Below, piece after piece: positions 50,569 to 58,897 of a stretch of DNA of 64,000 nucleotides (positions are counted from its first letter, which is position 1; every line of letters begins with the position of its first letter). The stretch is taken from the NCBI GenBank assembly GCA_051439605.1, contig JBFRWN010000039.1, positions 1 to 64,000 on the forward strand. Direction: 5' to 3'. The translations under genes were made by a program, and so were the position numbers. This DNA is from Synechococcus sp. (GTDB taxonomy: Bacteria > Cyanobacteriota > Cyanobacteriia > Thermostichales > PCC-7336). The notes beneath the pieces are model-generated. The model was not told the DNA's origin, ran no database searches, and saw nothing but the letters and a program-made list of their open reading frames with translations.

Positions 50569-52083
50569 ATGACATTTTTGGCTAAACTCAACGCGGCAAT
50601 GGCAAAAAACAGCAGCATTTGGTGCTTGGGACTCGATCCCAATCCCGAGGTGATGCCAGAATCCTACCGTCGCGCCTACATTCGCGATCGCTTTTCCCTA
50701 CCGAGAAGCGAAATTCTCTGGGAGTGGATGCAGGCCATCATCGACAGCACTTCCAATCTGGTTTGTGCCTATAAACCTACGCTGGGGTTCTATACGGCTC
50801 TGGGAGCTCCTGGTTTGGAGCTACTAATTAAAACCCTTGAGGCTATCCCTTCAGAAATCCCCGTCATTCTCGATGCTAAACATCAAGATCTCAACAGCAG
50901 CACCGTTCTGGCCCAAACCGCCTTCGAGCAGTGGCAGGTGGATGCCATCACCCTCAGTCCCTACCTAGGTCAGGATTTGGCCGCACGGTTTTTGATGTAT
51001 CTCGATCGCGCCGTTTTCATCAGTTGCTATAGTGCCAACAATACCGCCCTGCCCATTCAGAATTCTCCAGACCGAAAAAGTCCCCTCTACCTCAAGCTAG
51101 TTCAACAGTGTCAAAGCTGGGGCAGCTGCGAGCAGTTAGCCCTAGAGATCGGTAGTGCCCAACCCGATGTCCTGGGTAAAGTTCGCGCTATGGCTCCAGA
51201 ACGGCTGATTCTAGCCCGCAGCATTTGGGCCGGTTCCCAAGAACAACCAGCGGTCAATCTAGAACAGCTGCTCCAGGCAGGGTTGGATGCTCAGGGGGAA
51301 AATCTAATTTTGCCCGTGAATCAAGATGCCCTGGCTTCGACCGATCCCCGCTCATTTGTTGGGGCTCTTAGGGAACGCACCCATGAGATTCTCGAACATC
51401 GTCAGCAATCTTCCCACTATTGCCCTCTCTGGATGCCAAATGTATGCACTCTCACCCCCCAACCTCATACGGACTTGATTTTGCAACTATTCGATGTGGG
51501 TTGCATTGCCTTTGGGGAGTACGTCCAAGCTTCGGGGCAAGTATTTCCCTACTACATCGATCTGCGCCGCATTATCTCCAATCCCCAAACCTTTGATGCG
51601 GTCATCGACGCCTACGGGCAGGTTTTAAAACAACTGGACTTCGATCGCATAGCAGGTATTCCCTACGGTGCGCTGCCAACGGCCTCTGGCTTGGCTCTCA
51701 AACTCAATCGTCCCCTGATTTTCCCCCGCAAGGAAGTGAAAGCTTACGGTGCACGACGCTTGGTGGAGGGTAACTACGAACCGGGGGAAACGGCAGTAGT
51801 GGTGGACGATATCTTAATCACGGGAAAGAGCGCGATGGAGGGAGCCCGCAAATTGCAAAGTTGCGGGCTCCAGGTGCGAGATATTGTGGTGTTTATTGAC
51901 CACGGAGGTGGAGTGCGAGAGCGGTTGGCCCAGGAGGGCTACACTGCTCTATCGGTGCTGACCATTCCCGAAATCAATCAAGTTCTCTACTCTACGGGGC
52001 GCATCACTGAAGAGCAGTTTCAAATTCTTTCGTCCCAAGAGAACGAAAATATTGCGAACTCAATGTCGCAGACAAAGAACTAG
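50569..52083 (+). CDS. pyrFE: Bifunctional OMP decarboxylase / orotate phosphoribosyltransferase
   Basis: GLDP, CAYKP, DAKHQD (DxKxxD); C-terminal YYIDLR, RKEVKAYG, VVVDDI PRPP motif. Confidence 0.9.
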   Translation: MTFLAKLNAAMAKNSSIWCLGLDPNPEVMPESYRRAYIRDRFSLPRSEILWEWMQAIIDSTSNLVCAYKPTLGFYTALGAPGLELLIKTLEAIPSEIPVILDAKHQDLNSSTVLAQTAFEQWQVDAITLSPYLGQDLAARFLMYLDRAVFISCYSANNTALPIQNSPDRKSPLYLKLVQQCQSWGSCEQLALEIGSAQPDVLGKVRAMAPERLILARSIWAGSQEQPAVNLEQLLQAGLDAQGENLILPVNQDALASTDPRSFVGALRERTHEILEHRQQSSHYCPLWMPNVCTLTPQPHTDLILQLFDVGCIAFGEYVQASGQVFPYYIDLRRIISNPQTFDAVIDAYGQVLKQLDFDRIAGIPYGALPTASGLALKLNRPLIFPRKEVKAYGARRLVEGNYEPGETAVVVDDILITGKSAMEGARKLQSCGLQVRDIVVFIDHGGGVRERLAQEGYTALSVLTIPEINQVLYSTGRITEEQFQILSSQENENIANSMSQTKN

Positions 52084-52113
52084 AAGGAGTGCAATGTCAT
52101 AGGGAAGTACAGA

Positions 52114-52437
52114 TTATAAAACCCCCTCCAGTGCGCTACTAAAGTCTTCGTAAGGTTTCACGCCCACAATGGTGTTGACCAATTCACCCTGCTTGAAAAA
52201 CATGACTGCAGGGATACTTCTGATTCCAAATCGCTTGGCAAGTGACTTATTATTGTCTAAATCTAATTTGCAGACCTTGGCACTATCCGAGTATTCGTTG
52301 GCCAATCGGTCCATCAGAGGACCAACCACTTTACAAGGACCGCACCAAGTTGCGGTGAAGTCTACAACTAGTAAAGATTCGTTCGCTAAAAGGGCATCGA
52401 ATTCAGTCTCATCTTGAATAAATGCAGTTGTACCCAT
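52114..52437 (-). CDS. Thioredoxin
   Basis: VDFTATWCGPC, IRSIP. Confidence 0.95.
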   Translation of the reverse strand: MGTTAFIQDETEFDALLANESLLVVDFTATWCGPCKVVGPLMDRLANEYSDSAKVCKLDLDNNKSLAKRFGIRSIPAVMFFKQGELVNTIVGVKPYEDFSSALEGVL

Positions 52438-52501
52438 GGTGTGTCTCCAGAAGTAATCGGTGGTGGACAGTAGCGTGTAGCTTTACGATGGTGGCAATGC
52501 T

Positions 52502-53137
52502 CTAGTCTTCGTAGACTCTACATTCCGGCGCATCGGGGTTTGCACTGCAAAAGGCTTCCATTCCACTCTCTTCTGAACCCTTTTTCTGTCCTAGCTGTGC
52601 CTGAGTACGACGGTCGGACGTTTCCGCCAGCAACTCTTCCACCACATCCCATGCAGCAGCACATTCTTTGGAGGTATCGCCCTTCGCGTCGCAGATTGCC
52701 CGTGCCTCTTCTCTAGCGGCTTCCAATTCGTCTTCAAGATATAATCGTTTCGGCCTTTCGAATAAATTGCTCTTTACGAGTAAGTCGCTGACTGACACGA
52801 CGCCGAGCAGGTCTTTTTCGAGCACCGGAGCACGTCGAATACCGACATTGGCAAACAAACGAGCAACGTACTCCACCCCCAGGTCGGGAGGTATCGTAAT
52901 GCAGGGCTTGGTCATGATTTCAAACACGCGAACTGCTTTTGGGTCTTTCCCGTAAGCAGCAACTTTATAAATGACATCTGTTTCCGTCACAATCCCGTAA
53001 GGGTCATCGGTCGTGCGTCTCTCCACAATCAAGGCCCGCAGTCCTTTGGCCTTCATCGTCTGTACCGCCTCAGCCACCGTGGCCGAACCTCTTACCGTAA
53101 CTACATCACTGGTCATGATGTCTTTGGCAGTTAGCAT
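52502..53137 (-). CDS. CBS-CP12 fusion protein
   Basis: N-terminal CBS pair; CP12 with C..ECAAAWDVVEEL and FC..NPDAPECRVYED (both Cys pairs present). Confidence 0.93.
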   Translation of the reverse strand: MLTAKDIMTSDVVTVRGSATVAEAVQTMKAKGLRALIVERRTTDDPYGIVTETDVIYKVAAYGKDPKAVRVFEIMTKPCITIPPDLGVEYVARLFANVGIRRAPVLEKDLLGVVSVSDLLVKSNLFERPKRLYLEDELEAAREEARAICDAKGDTSKECAAAWDVVEELLAETSDRRTQAQLGQKKGSEESGMEAFCSANPDAPECRVYED

Positions 53138-53186
53138 CTAGATCTCCGTCGAAATAACAGGTGAAAAACAAGTAAAAAGCTGCAAT

Positions 53187-53480
53187 CTACGCCACCGGGA
53201 GGACTGTCTCGGGATGCGGGCAAATCTTCCAGTGGGACATCTCTAAACCGGGAGCATAGGCTTCAACGACTTCTCCCGTGAGAGAACAAGAGACCAGTAA
53301 ATAGTCGCAAGTGGGGCATTCAATGCTTGTAATGCGACCGCTCAGACATTGACCCCCTGAATCTGAGTCAATCTTCTGAATTCGGATGGCATGCTGGCCA
53401 CAGTTGGGACAGTGTGTGATTTGTCTCTGTTGCACCGGATTGCTCTCCTGAGTGAGAGGGCGTAAACTACTTGCTTTCAT
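53187..53480 (-). CDS. Small zinc-ribbon protein
   Basis: CPNCG...CPTCDYL..C..TG.VVEAYAPG, a cyanobacterial family. Confidence 0.8.
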   Translation of the reverse strand: MKASSLRPLTQESNPVQQRQITHCPNCGQHAIRIQKIDSDSGGQCLSGRITSIECPTCDYLLVSCSLTGEVVEAYAPGLEMSHWKICPHPETVLPVA

Positions 53481-53530
53481 AACGAATGCCGATCTCCTGG
53501 TAAAAATGCATCAGTTCTTTGTCCGTAAGC

Positions 53531-53905
53531 ATGAGATTCAGAAGACCAGTTATGCTTGTAGACACGGAATGGGTAAAACCTATGGGTGCCGAACTCCATG
53601 ACATCGATCCAATTTGGACCCGCCTAGAAGCTGGTCGGAAAGCAAAAGCAGAAAAGGGAGGCTATGCCGGATACGGGTCTCCAGCTTTCGGCCAAAAAGC
53701 TCTTAATGGCGAACTCGTAGACGATCCAAAAGAACAAGCCATTGTCGAGCTGATTCGTCGCCATCACAAGTCTGGAAAGTCACTCCAGCAAGTCGCCGAT
53801 TGGCTTAACCAACACGGTTACACCACCAAACGCGGTCAGCAATGGAAGCGTATTTCCGTGAAACGAGTGCTCGATCGGCTGTACGGACGATCGCCCCGCA
53901 AATAA
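53531..53905 (+). CDS. Recombinase-type DNA-binding domain-only protein
   Basis: KAEKGGYAGYGSPAFG...EQAIVELI...G.SL..VADWLN..GY.TKRG..W....VKRVL; no catalytic resolvase domain. Start uncertain (53531, 53552 or 53582). Confidence 0.8.
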   Translation: MRFRRPVMLVDTEWVKPMGAELHDIDPIWTRLEAGRKAKAEKGGYAGYGSPAFGQKALNGELVDDPKEQAIVELIRRHHKSGKSLQQVADWLNQHGYTTKRGQQWKRISVKRVLDRLYGRSPRK

Positions 53906-54197
53906 CCCCGTTACTTCGCAGTTCTCGTCTCGCGATCGCGATCGCTGGAGCCCTAACAATCCTGGGGATAGGGCCAAACGAGTCCAAGACCAAAATCAAT
54001 CAGAAGCTCCTTTAATAGATAGATTGACGGTTTTTCTTGTTACATCCCTAATTGTAGGCCAAACGTGTCTATATTTCTCTCAAGACAATAGATTTAGCTA
54101 TTTTTCTGTTACATCCCACTCGGAGTTAGAAACAAAGTATTCCTCTCTATCCAGCGTTAAATGAGCTTAGCTAGGACTGAGTTTTGGTTTGACCCCA

Positions 54198-55349
54198 ATG
54201 AAATTGAACGATCCTGGCATTTGTTCGCCCAATATCGATGCCGCAATCGATCGGCAACCGCTGACCGTTTCTCCGGAAACCTCTCTCCAAGAGGTCGTAG
54301 CATTGATGAGTGGCTCGTCGGGCAGCCAATACTGGTCCGTTAGCAGCATTCAAGATACTTCCCATCCCGATACGCGATCGAGCTGCGCATTGGTGGTCAA
54401 AGATGGACAGCCAATCGGAATATTTACCGAACGAGATATTGTCCGACTAACAGCACAGCAACTCTCTCTGTCAGAAACCTCAATTGGCGAGGTGATGACC
54501 CAACCTGTGACGACCCTACCACTTGACGACTTTAGAGATATTTTTGCCGCACTATTTCTCTTTCGCCGCTATCGTATTCGCCACCTTCCGATTGTTGACG
54601 ATGCTGGCCAACTGGTCGGAGTCGTTTCTCCCGAGCGCTTGCGCCGCGTTCTCCGTCCTGCCAATCTGCTCAAAATGCGCCGCGTTGCTGATGTGATGGC
54701 CTCGGAAGTGGTTCATGCCCCGCCTACCCACTCCGTTTTGAATTTAGCCCAAGCGATGTCCGAGCACCGCGTTAGTTGCGTTGTGATCGCTGAGACACAA
54801 GACGAGCCCAATTTACTCCCCGTAGGCATCGTGACTGAGCGGGATATTGTGCAGTTTCAAGCACTGGGGATCGATCTGGCACGCACGCCAGCAAAAGTGG
54901 TCATGAGCAGTCCGCTGGAGTTACTGGAGCCAGAGGATTCGCTATGGACTGCTCACCAAAAGATGCAGGAATTGAGGGTACGTCGATTGGTGGTGTCGTG
55001 GAATTGGGGGAGAGATCTCGGCATTGTCACTCAGACGAGTCTCTTGAGAGTTTTCAATCCGATGGAGATGTTCGGCATTGTCGAAACGTTGCAGCATACG
55101 GTAGTGCAGCTTGAGGCAGAACGAGATTCTAAACGGGGTTCTAGAGTGATTCAGTCAGTGTCCCCCGAGCAATTGGATCGATCGATCGCCATTTCAGAAA
55201 TAAACTCATCCGGTGTTGACTTTTTACTGGAAGAGCTGAGAACTAAGATTCAAACTCTGATCGATACGCCAACCCTATCTCTAGAGCAAAGACAGCAGGG
55301 GTTATTAAAAATACGTCAAATAGTTGAGTCTTTACAGCACAATGGCTAG
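54198..55349 (+). CDS. Four-CBS-domain protein with C-terminal coiled coil
   Basis: GIFTERD, IRHLPIVD, GIVTERD, GIVTQT. Confidence 0.88.
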   Translation: MKLNDPGICSPNIDAAIDRQPLTVSPETSLQEVVALMSGSSGSQYWSVSSIQDTSHPDTRSSCALVVKDGQPIGIFTERDIVRLTAQQLSLSETSIGEVMTQPVTTLPLDDFRDIFAALFLFRRYRIRHLPIVDDAGQLVGVVSPERLRRVLRPANLLKMRRVADVMASEVVHAPPTHSVLNLAQAMSEHRVSCVVIAETQDEPNLLPVGIVTERDIVQFQALGIDLARTPAKVVMSSPLELLEPEDSLWTAHQKMQELRVRRLVVSWNWGRDLGIVTQTSLLRVFNPMEMFGIVETLQHTVVQLEAERDSKRGSRVIQSVSPEQLDRSIAISEINSSGVDFLLEELRTKIQTLIDTPTLSLEQRQQGLLKIRQIVESLQHNG

Positions 55350-55797
55350 ATCGAGACGGCAAAAAGAGGTAGCTTCTGTCGATGCCTATCGAAAAGAGGA
55401 TGTCGATCTCGTTGTAACCCTATTGGAGGAGAAGCCCAACATCGACATTCTCTGGGGCGGCTCCAATATGGCCACCGATATATCCATAAAGGCTGTTGAA
55501 CGCTTAGGCCGTCAAGACAGCGTTGCAGTCTTCTGGATTTTGGATCTGTCCGCCTATACGGCTAAGAAGCTACTCGATTCAGAAAGCCCCCTGCAGTCAG
55601 TCATCGACCAAGCCGGAGCCCTAATTGGGGAACAGGCTACGAAAAGGGCTAGTGCCATTTTGTGCAGGGACCCCTCAGACTGTGGAGACATTCCTAACTA
55701 TGAATTCATTCCTGTAGATTATCGCTTGTTCACCCAAGACGATCGCGAAGCCATTAGCAAGTTATTAGATGAGGCTCAGCGCATTGAAGGCCCGTAG
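55342..55797 (+). pseudogene. C-terminal fragment of a sugar ABC substrate-binding protein (RbsB-like)
   Basis: LEEKPNIDILWGG...AVERLGR..VAVF..D...LQSVIDQ....IG resembles the second lobe of periplasmic binding proteins; no signal peptide or N-terminal lobe. Confidence 0.5.
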
Positions 55798-55936
55798 CCG
55801 CAGTCAAATTGCGAGAGGGGCAGTTTATCGACTCATGCGTCACTGTCCAGAGGTTCGAGAAGCGACAGTCTGGCCTGGCTCTATAACAGTTCTGTTTGGT
55901 TAACACTTCTACAACAAACCATGCCCTGAGATTGGC

Positions 55937-56012
55937 TCACCTGCCGGGATCGACCTGCAGCAAAACACCGTTTTTCCCATAATTGTAGAGAAAATAGATA
56001 CGACCTAACGTG
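55937..56012 (-). repeat. 76-bp duplicate of the 3' end of the gene at 58898-60628
   Basis: Matches 58898-58973 with three substitutions. Confidence 0.92.
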
Positions 56013-56724
56013 AGGGAAGCTCAGCCAGCAGGTAGAGGAGTGGTTTAAGCAAGTGCAAGCTCAGAGTTGGCAGGAGATTGAGTACAGGTTTCACGAGACG
56101 GTGGAAAGTGGACATCACCGGATAGAAACCGGGCGGTACCCGTCAGCCAATTGCCGCCGTTGCATCGGCAAAGTCAATGGTTGGGGTTAACGACCGTCGT
56201 GATGGTGGGCACCCAGCGGCAACTGTGGAATATAACGACGACGGAGGTTCGATTCTATACCAGTAGTCTGGAAGCGGATGCCCAACGACACAACCGGATG
56301 ATTCGGTCCCATTGGAGTATTGAGAATAGCCTGCATTGGGTGTTGGATGTCACCTTCAACGAAGATGCCAGTCGGATTCGTCAGGGATATGCTGCGGAAA
56401 ATCTAGGACTGTTGCGTCGGTTGAGTGTCAATTTACTGAAGCGAGAACCTTCCAAACAGAGTCTTAAGATGAAGCGGTACAAGGCGAGTATGGATAATCA
56501 ATTCCTGATGAATATCCTGGCTGCTAGTGCTACCCACTGATGAGGATGTCAAGATATAAAGTTACGAGCTAACGGCAGCAGGAAGCCCCAGATAATAAGC
56601 GTAAGGGTAGTACAACCTCACTTAACTTTATCGCTTTATTCAGTACAGAGCTTGAATTGTATAGTCAACTCTTAGGTCACAGATTACTGAAATTCGAGAA
56701 CTCGATTAAGATGCGATTCCCCTG
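56013..56724 (+). mobile_element. ISAs1-family transposase remnant (5'-truncated, frameshifted) with right end
   Basis: GKLSQQVE...GHHRIET, frameshift near 56130, then RSHWSIENSLHWVLDVTFNED; terminal GATGCGATTCCCCTG at 56710-56724. Confidence 0.88.
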
Positions 56725-56876
56725 GTGAAGGAGCCCACAACGTCTTTCAGATCGGAGGGTTGATTATTCGCAAGGAACGGGAAAAACGTTGGCAGCATCC
56801 AGTACTAAGCGCACTTGATGCTGTAGCATAAATAACTTAATATGCTCTAGATATATTACGCTCTCAGATAGTTATT

Positions 56877-57434
56877 ATGATCTCAGATAAATATAAATGC
56901 ATTTTTGTTGAAGTACCAAAAACGGGCTCGACAAGTATCAGGCATGTCATTGGCCACCCCAAGAAGCCCCATCTGAATATATGTCAAATAGCCTACAAAG
57001 TGACAAAAGATAAATTCTATGAATACTTCAAATTCGGCTTTGTCAGAAATCCCTGGGATAGGGCTGTGTCTCTGTATGAAAGAAGAGAAGGTTTGCAGAT
57101 GAAGTCAAAAATGAGTTTTGAGGAATTTGTCCAGTGGATGAAATTTAGCAGTTGTACTTGCCTTCATCCCCTTCCTCATCGGTATCAATTAGATTGGTTT
57201 GTAAATCCTCACGGTGATGTAATTGTCGATTTCATAGGAAGGTTTGAGAGCCTTGAGAGTGATTGGAGAAAAATATCACTTAAACTTGGCATTACAATTG
57301 AGTTGCCACACGTAAATTATAATCCTCAAAAAAATCGACACTATACTGAATATTATAATGATAAGACAAAGACAATAATCAGAAATAGATTTGCAGTAGA
57401 TATAGAGTATTTTGGTTATGAATTTGGTAGCTAA
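56877..57434 (+). CDS. Sulfotransferase family 2 protein
   Basis: 5'-PSB motif IFVEVPKTGSTSI, 3'-PB motif FVRNPWDRAVSLY, DFIGRFESL; AT-rich. Confidence 0.9.
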   Translation: MISDKYKCIFVEVPKTGSTSIRHVIGHPKKPHLNICQIAYKVTKDKFYEYFKFGFVRNPWDRAVSLYERREGLQMKSKMSFEEFVQWMKFSSCTCLHPLPHRYQLDWFVNPHGDVIVDFIGRFESLESDWRKISLKLGITIELPHVNYNPQKNRHYTEYYNDKTKTIIRNRFAVDIEYFGYEFGS

Positions 57435-57437
57435 CTG

Positions 57438-57507
57438 GCCTGACAAGGCCTTTCACAGACATCAATTCCGCTGCGTTCCGTATCCGCTGATGAGCTTGGT
57501 TTTATAC
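57438..57507 (+). other. Degenerate integron attC-like site
   Basis: Immediately after the stop: GCCTGAC-AAGGC...AATTCCGCTGCGTTCC...TGAGCTTGG-TTTTATAC, which has the R''/L''/L'/R' layout with mutated cores. Confidence 0.55.
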
Positions 57508-57662
57508 TAGCTCCACATAAAGTCGAACTTAATGCCTCGGAGTTTTCTTCCACGGAATTACGGCACTGGAAATAACAGAATTAGATTATTAAGCTTGTCG
57601 TTACAAAGCTTTAGTGTTAGGCGTACAAAGGGTGATAATAGATAGGAACTAGGAGGATAGGC

Positions 57663-58439
57663 GTGAGTAATGACATTATCGTCTTCACAATGCATAAGTC
57701 TGCATCCATGTTCATTCATAAGCAATGCGAACTTTTGTCCAAGCTAAGCGGAATCGCATATAATTCTCCTAATTTATTAAATAGTGGATTAAATCCGCGA
57801 AGGCTGCTAACAGATAAAAATTTATGGCATACTTACCATGGATGTTTCGCTCCGATACGATTTTTTGTAGACGTTCCACAATTAGACAATTACGAAATAA
57901 TTTTGCACTTGAGGGATCCAAGAGATGTTCTCGTTTCAATGTTTTACTCTTACTGTTACATTCATAATGGTGAAATAGCAGGTGATACGGGGTATCGAAG
58001 AGAAACAGCCGCTAAAGGTATTGATGAATTTGTTTTGAATATGGTTTCAGAAAGAAGCTCAGACTATAAAGGTAATTATGGAACTGGTAGACATGTGGAA
58101 GACTTAATAGGTAATCTCCCAAAGAGATATCGTGATTATATAGACCAACTGCTTGGAAGACCTAATGTAATACTCGTAAAATATGAGGAAATGGTGACCG
58201 ATTACCGCAGCTGGTTAGAGAAATTTGTTAAACCATTTCCACTCGATGATAAGGGGATAGTGATTGATAAATTAGTAGCGCAATCGTCAACATTTTTCCC
58301 AAAGCGGACTAGAGACGTTATGAATCATGTAAGGCACGTTACACCGGGCGATCATCAAAATAAGCTCAAACCATCTACAATACAGCAGCTAAATGACATC
58401 TTTAGCGATACATTGGATGCCTTGGGTTATGAGAAGTAA
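57663..58439 (+). CDS. Sulfotransferase domain protein
   Basis: FTMHKSAS, LRDPRDVLVS.FYS, VKYEEM, HVR...PGD; GTG start after AGGAGG. Confidence 0.85.
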   Translation: MSNDIIVFTMHKSASMFIHKQCELLSKLSGIAYNSPNLLNSGLNPRRLLTDKNLWHTYHGCFAPIRFFVDVPQLDNYEIILHLRDPRDVLVSMFYSYCYIHNGEIAGDTGYRRETAAKGIDEFVLNMVSERSSDYKGNYGTGRHVEDLIGNLPKRYRDYIDQLLGRPNVILVKYEEMVTDYRSWLEKFVKPFPLDDKGIVIDKLVAQSSTFFPKRTRDVMNHVRHVTPGDHQNKLKPSTIQQLNDIFSDTLDALGYEK

Positions 58440-58457
58440 AAACAAACTCTGGTGTAA

Positions 58458-58706
58458 CAATACTCCGGACAAAACTAGGCAGCCATAGTACCGTAGGCAA
58501 GCAGGTTCTTGTAGCTGGCATGGCATTTAGTTAAAGACATCTCCAGGTCAAACTTGGAAATAAATAAGTCTAAAAGATGTTCGCTGAGTGCAAGCCGCTT
58601 GTACGAAGTAATGGAAAAATTCAATGGTTCAGTCGCGGTTTGTTGCTTTTGCAAGGCTGCTTTGGACCGATTAAGAGCTGTCAAACTGGCATGGAGGCGG
58701 AAATAT
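58458..58706 (-). mobile_element. Transposase C-terminal fragment with IS end
   Basis: HASLTAL...FSITSYKRLALSEHLLDLFI.K.DL....K.H.SY..L..YG.MAA resembles the C-terminus of cyanobacterial DDE transposases as recalled; candidate terminal repeat CAATACTCCGGACAA at 58458. Confidence 0.6.
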
Positions 58707-58897
58707 TAATTATGATAAGCATACCTTTAAGCGCATGATTAAAATGTCTTAGCAAGATTCATTTTTAATAGCTTTTAAAACAACGATCGTCAAACCAATT
58801 GCTAATGTCATACAAAAACCAGTTTTCTTAAGTCTCAAATTGTCGGTGTAATAAATATTGCCTTCAGCATAATTAATATTTCTGCTTTCACATTCGT

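Noticed and set aside
53187..53480. Calling the Zn-ribbon protein PriA helicase
   Set aside because: Only 97 aa with no helicase motifs.
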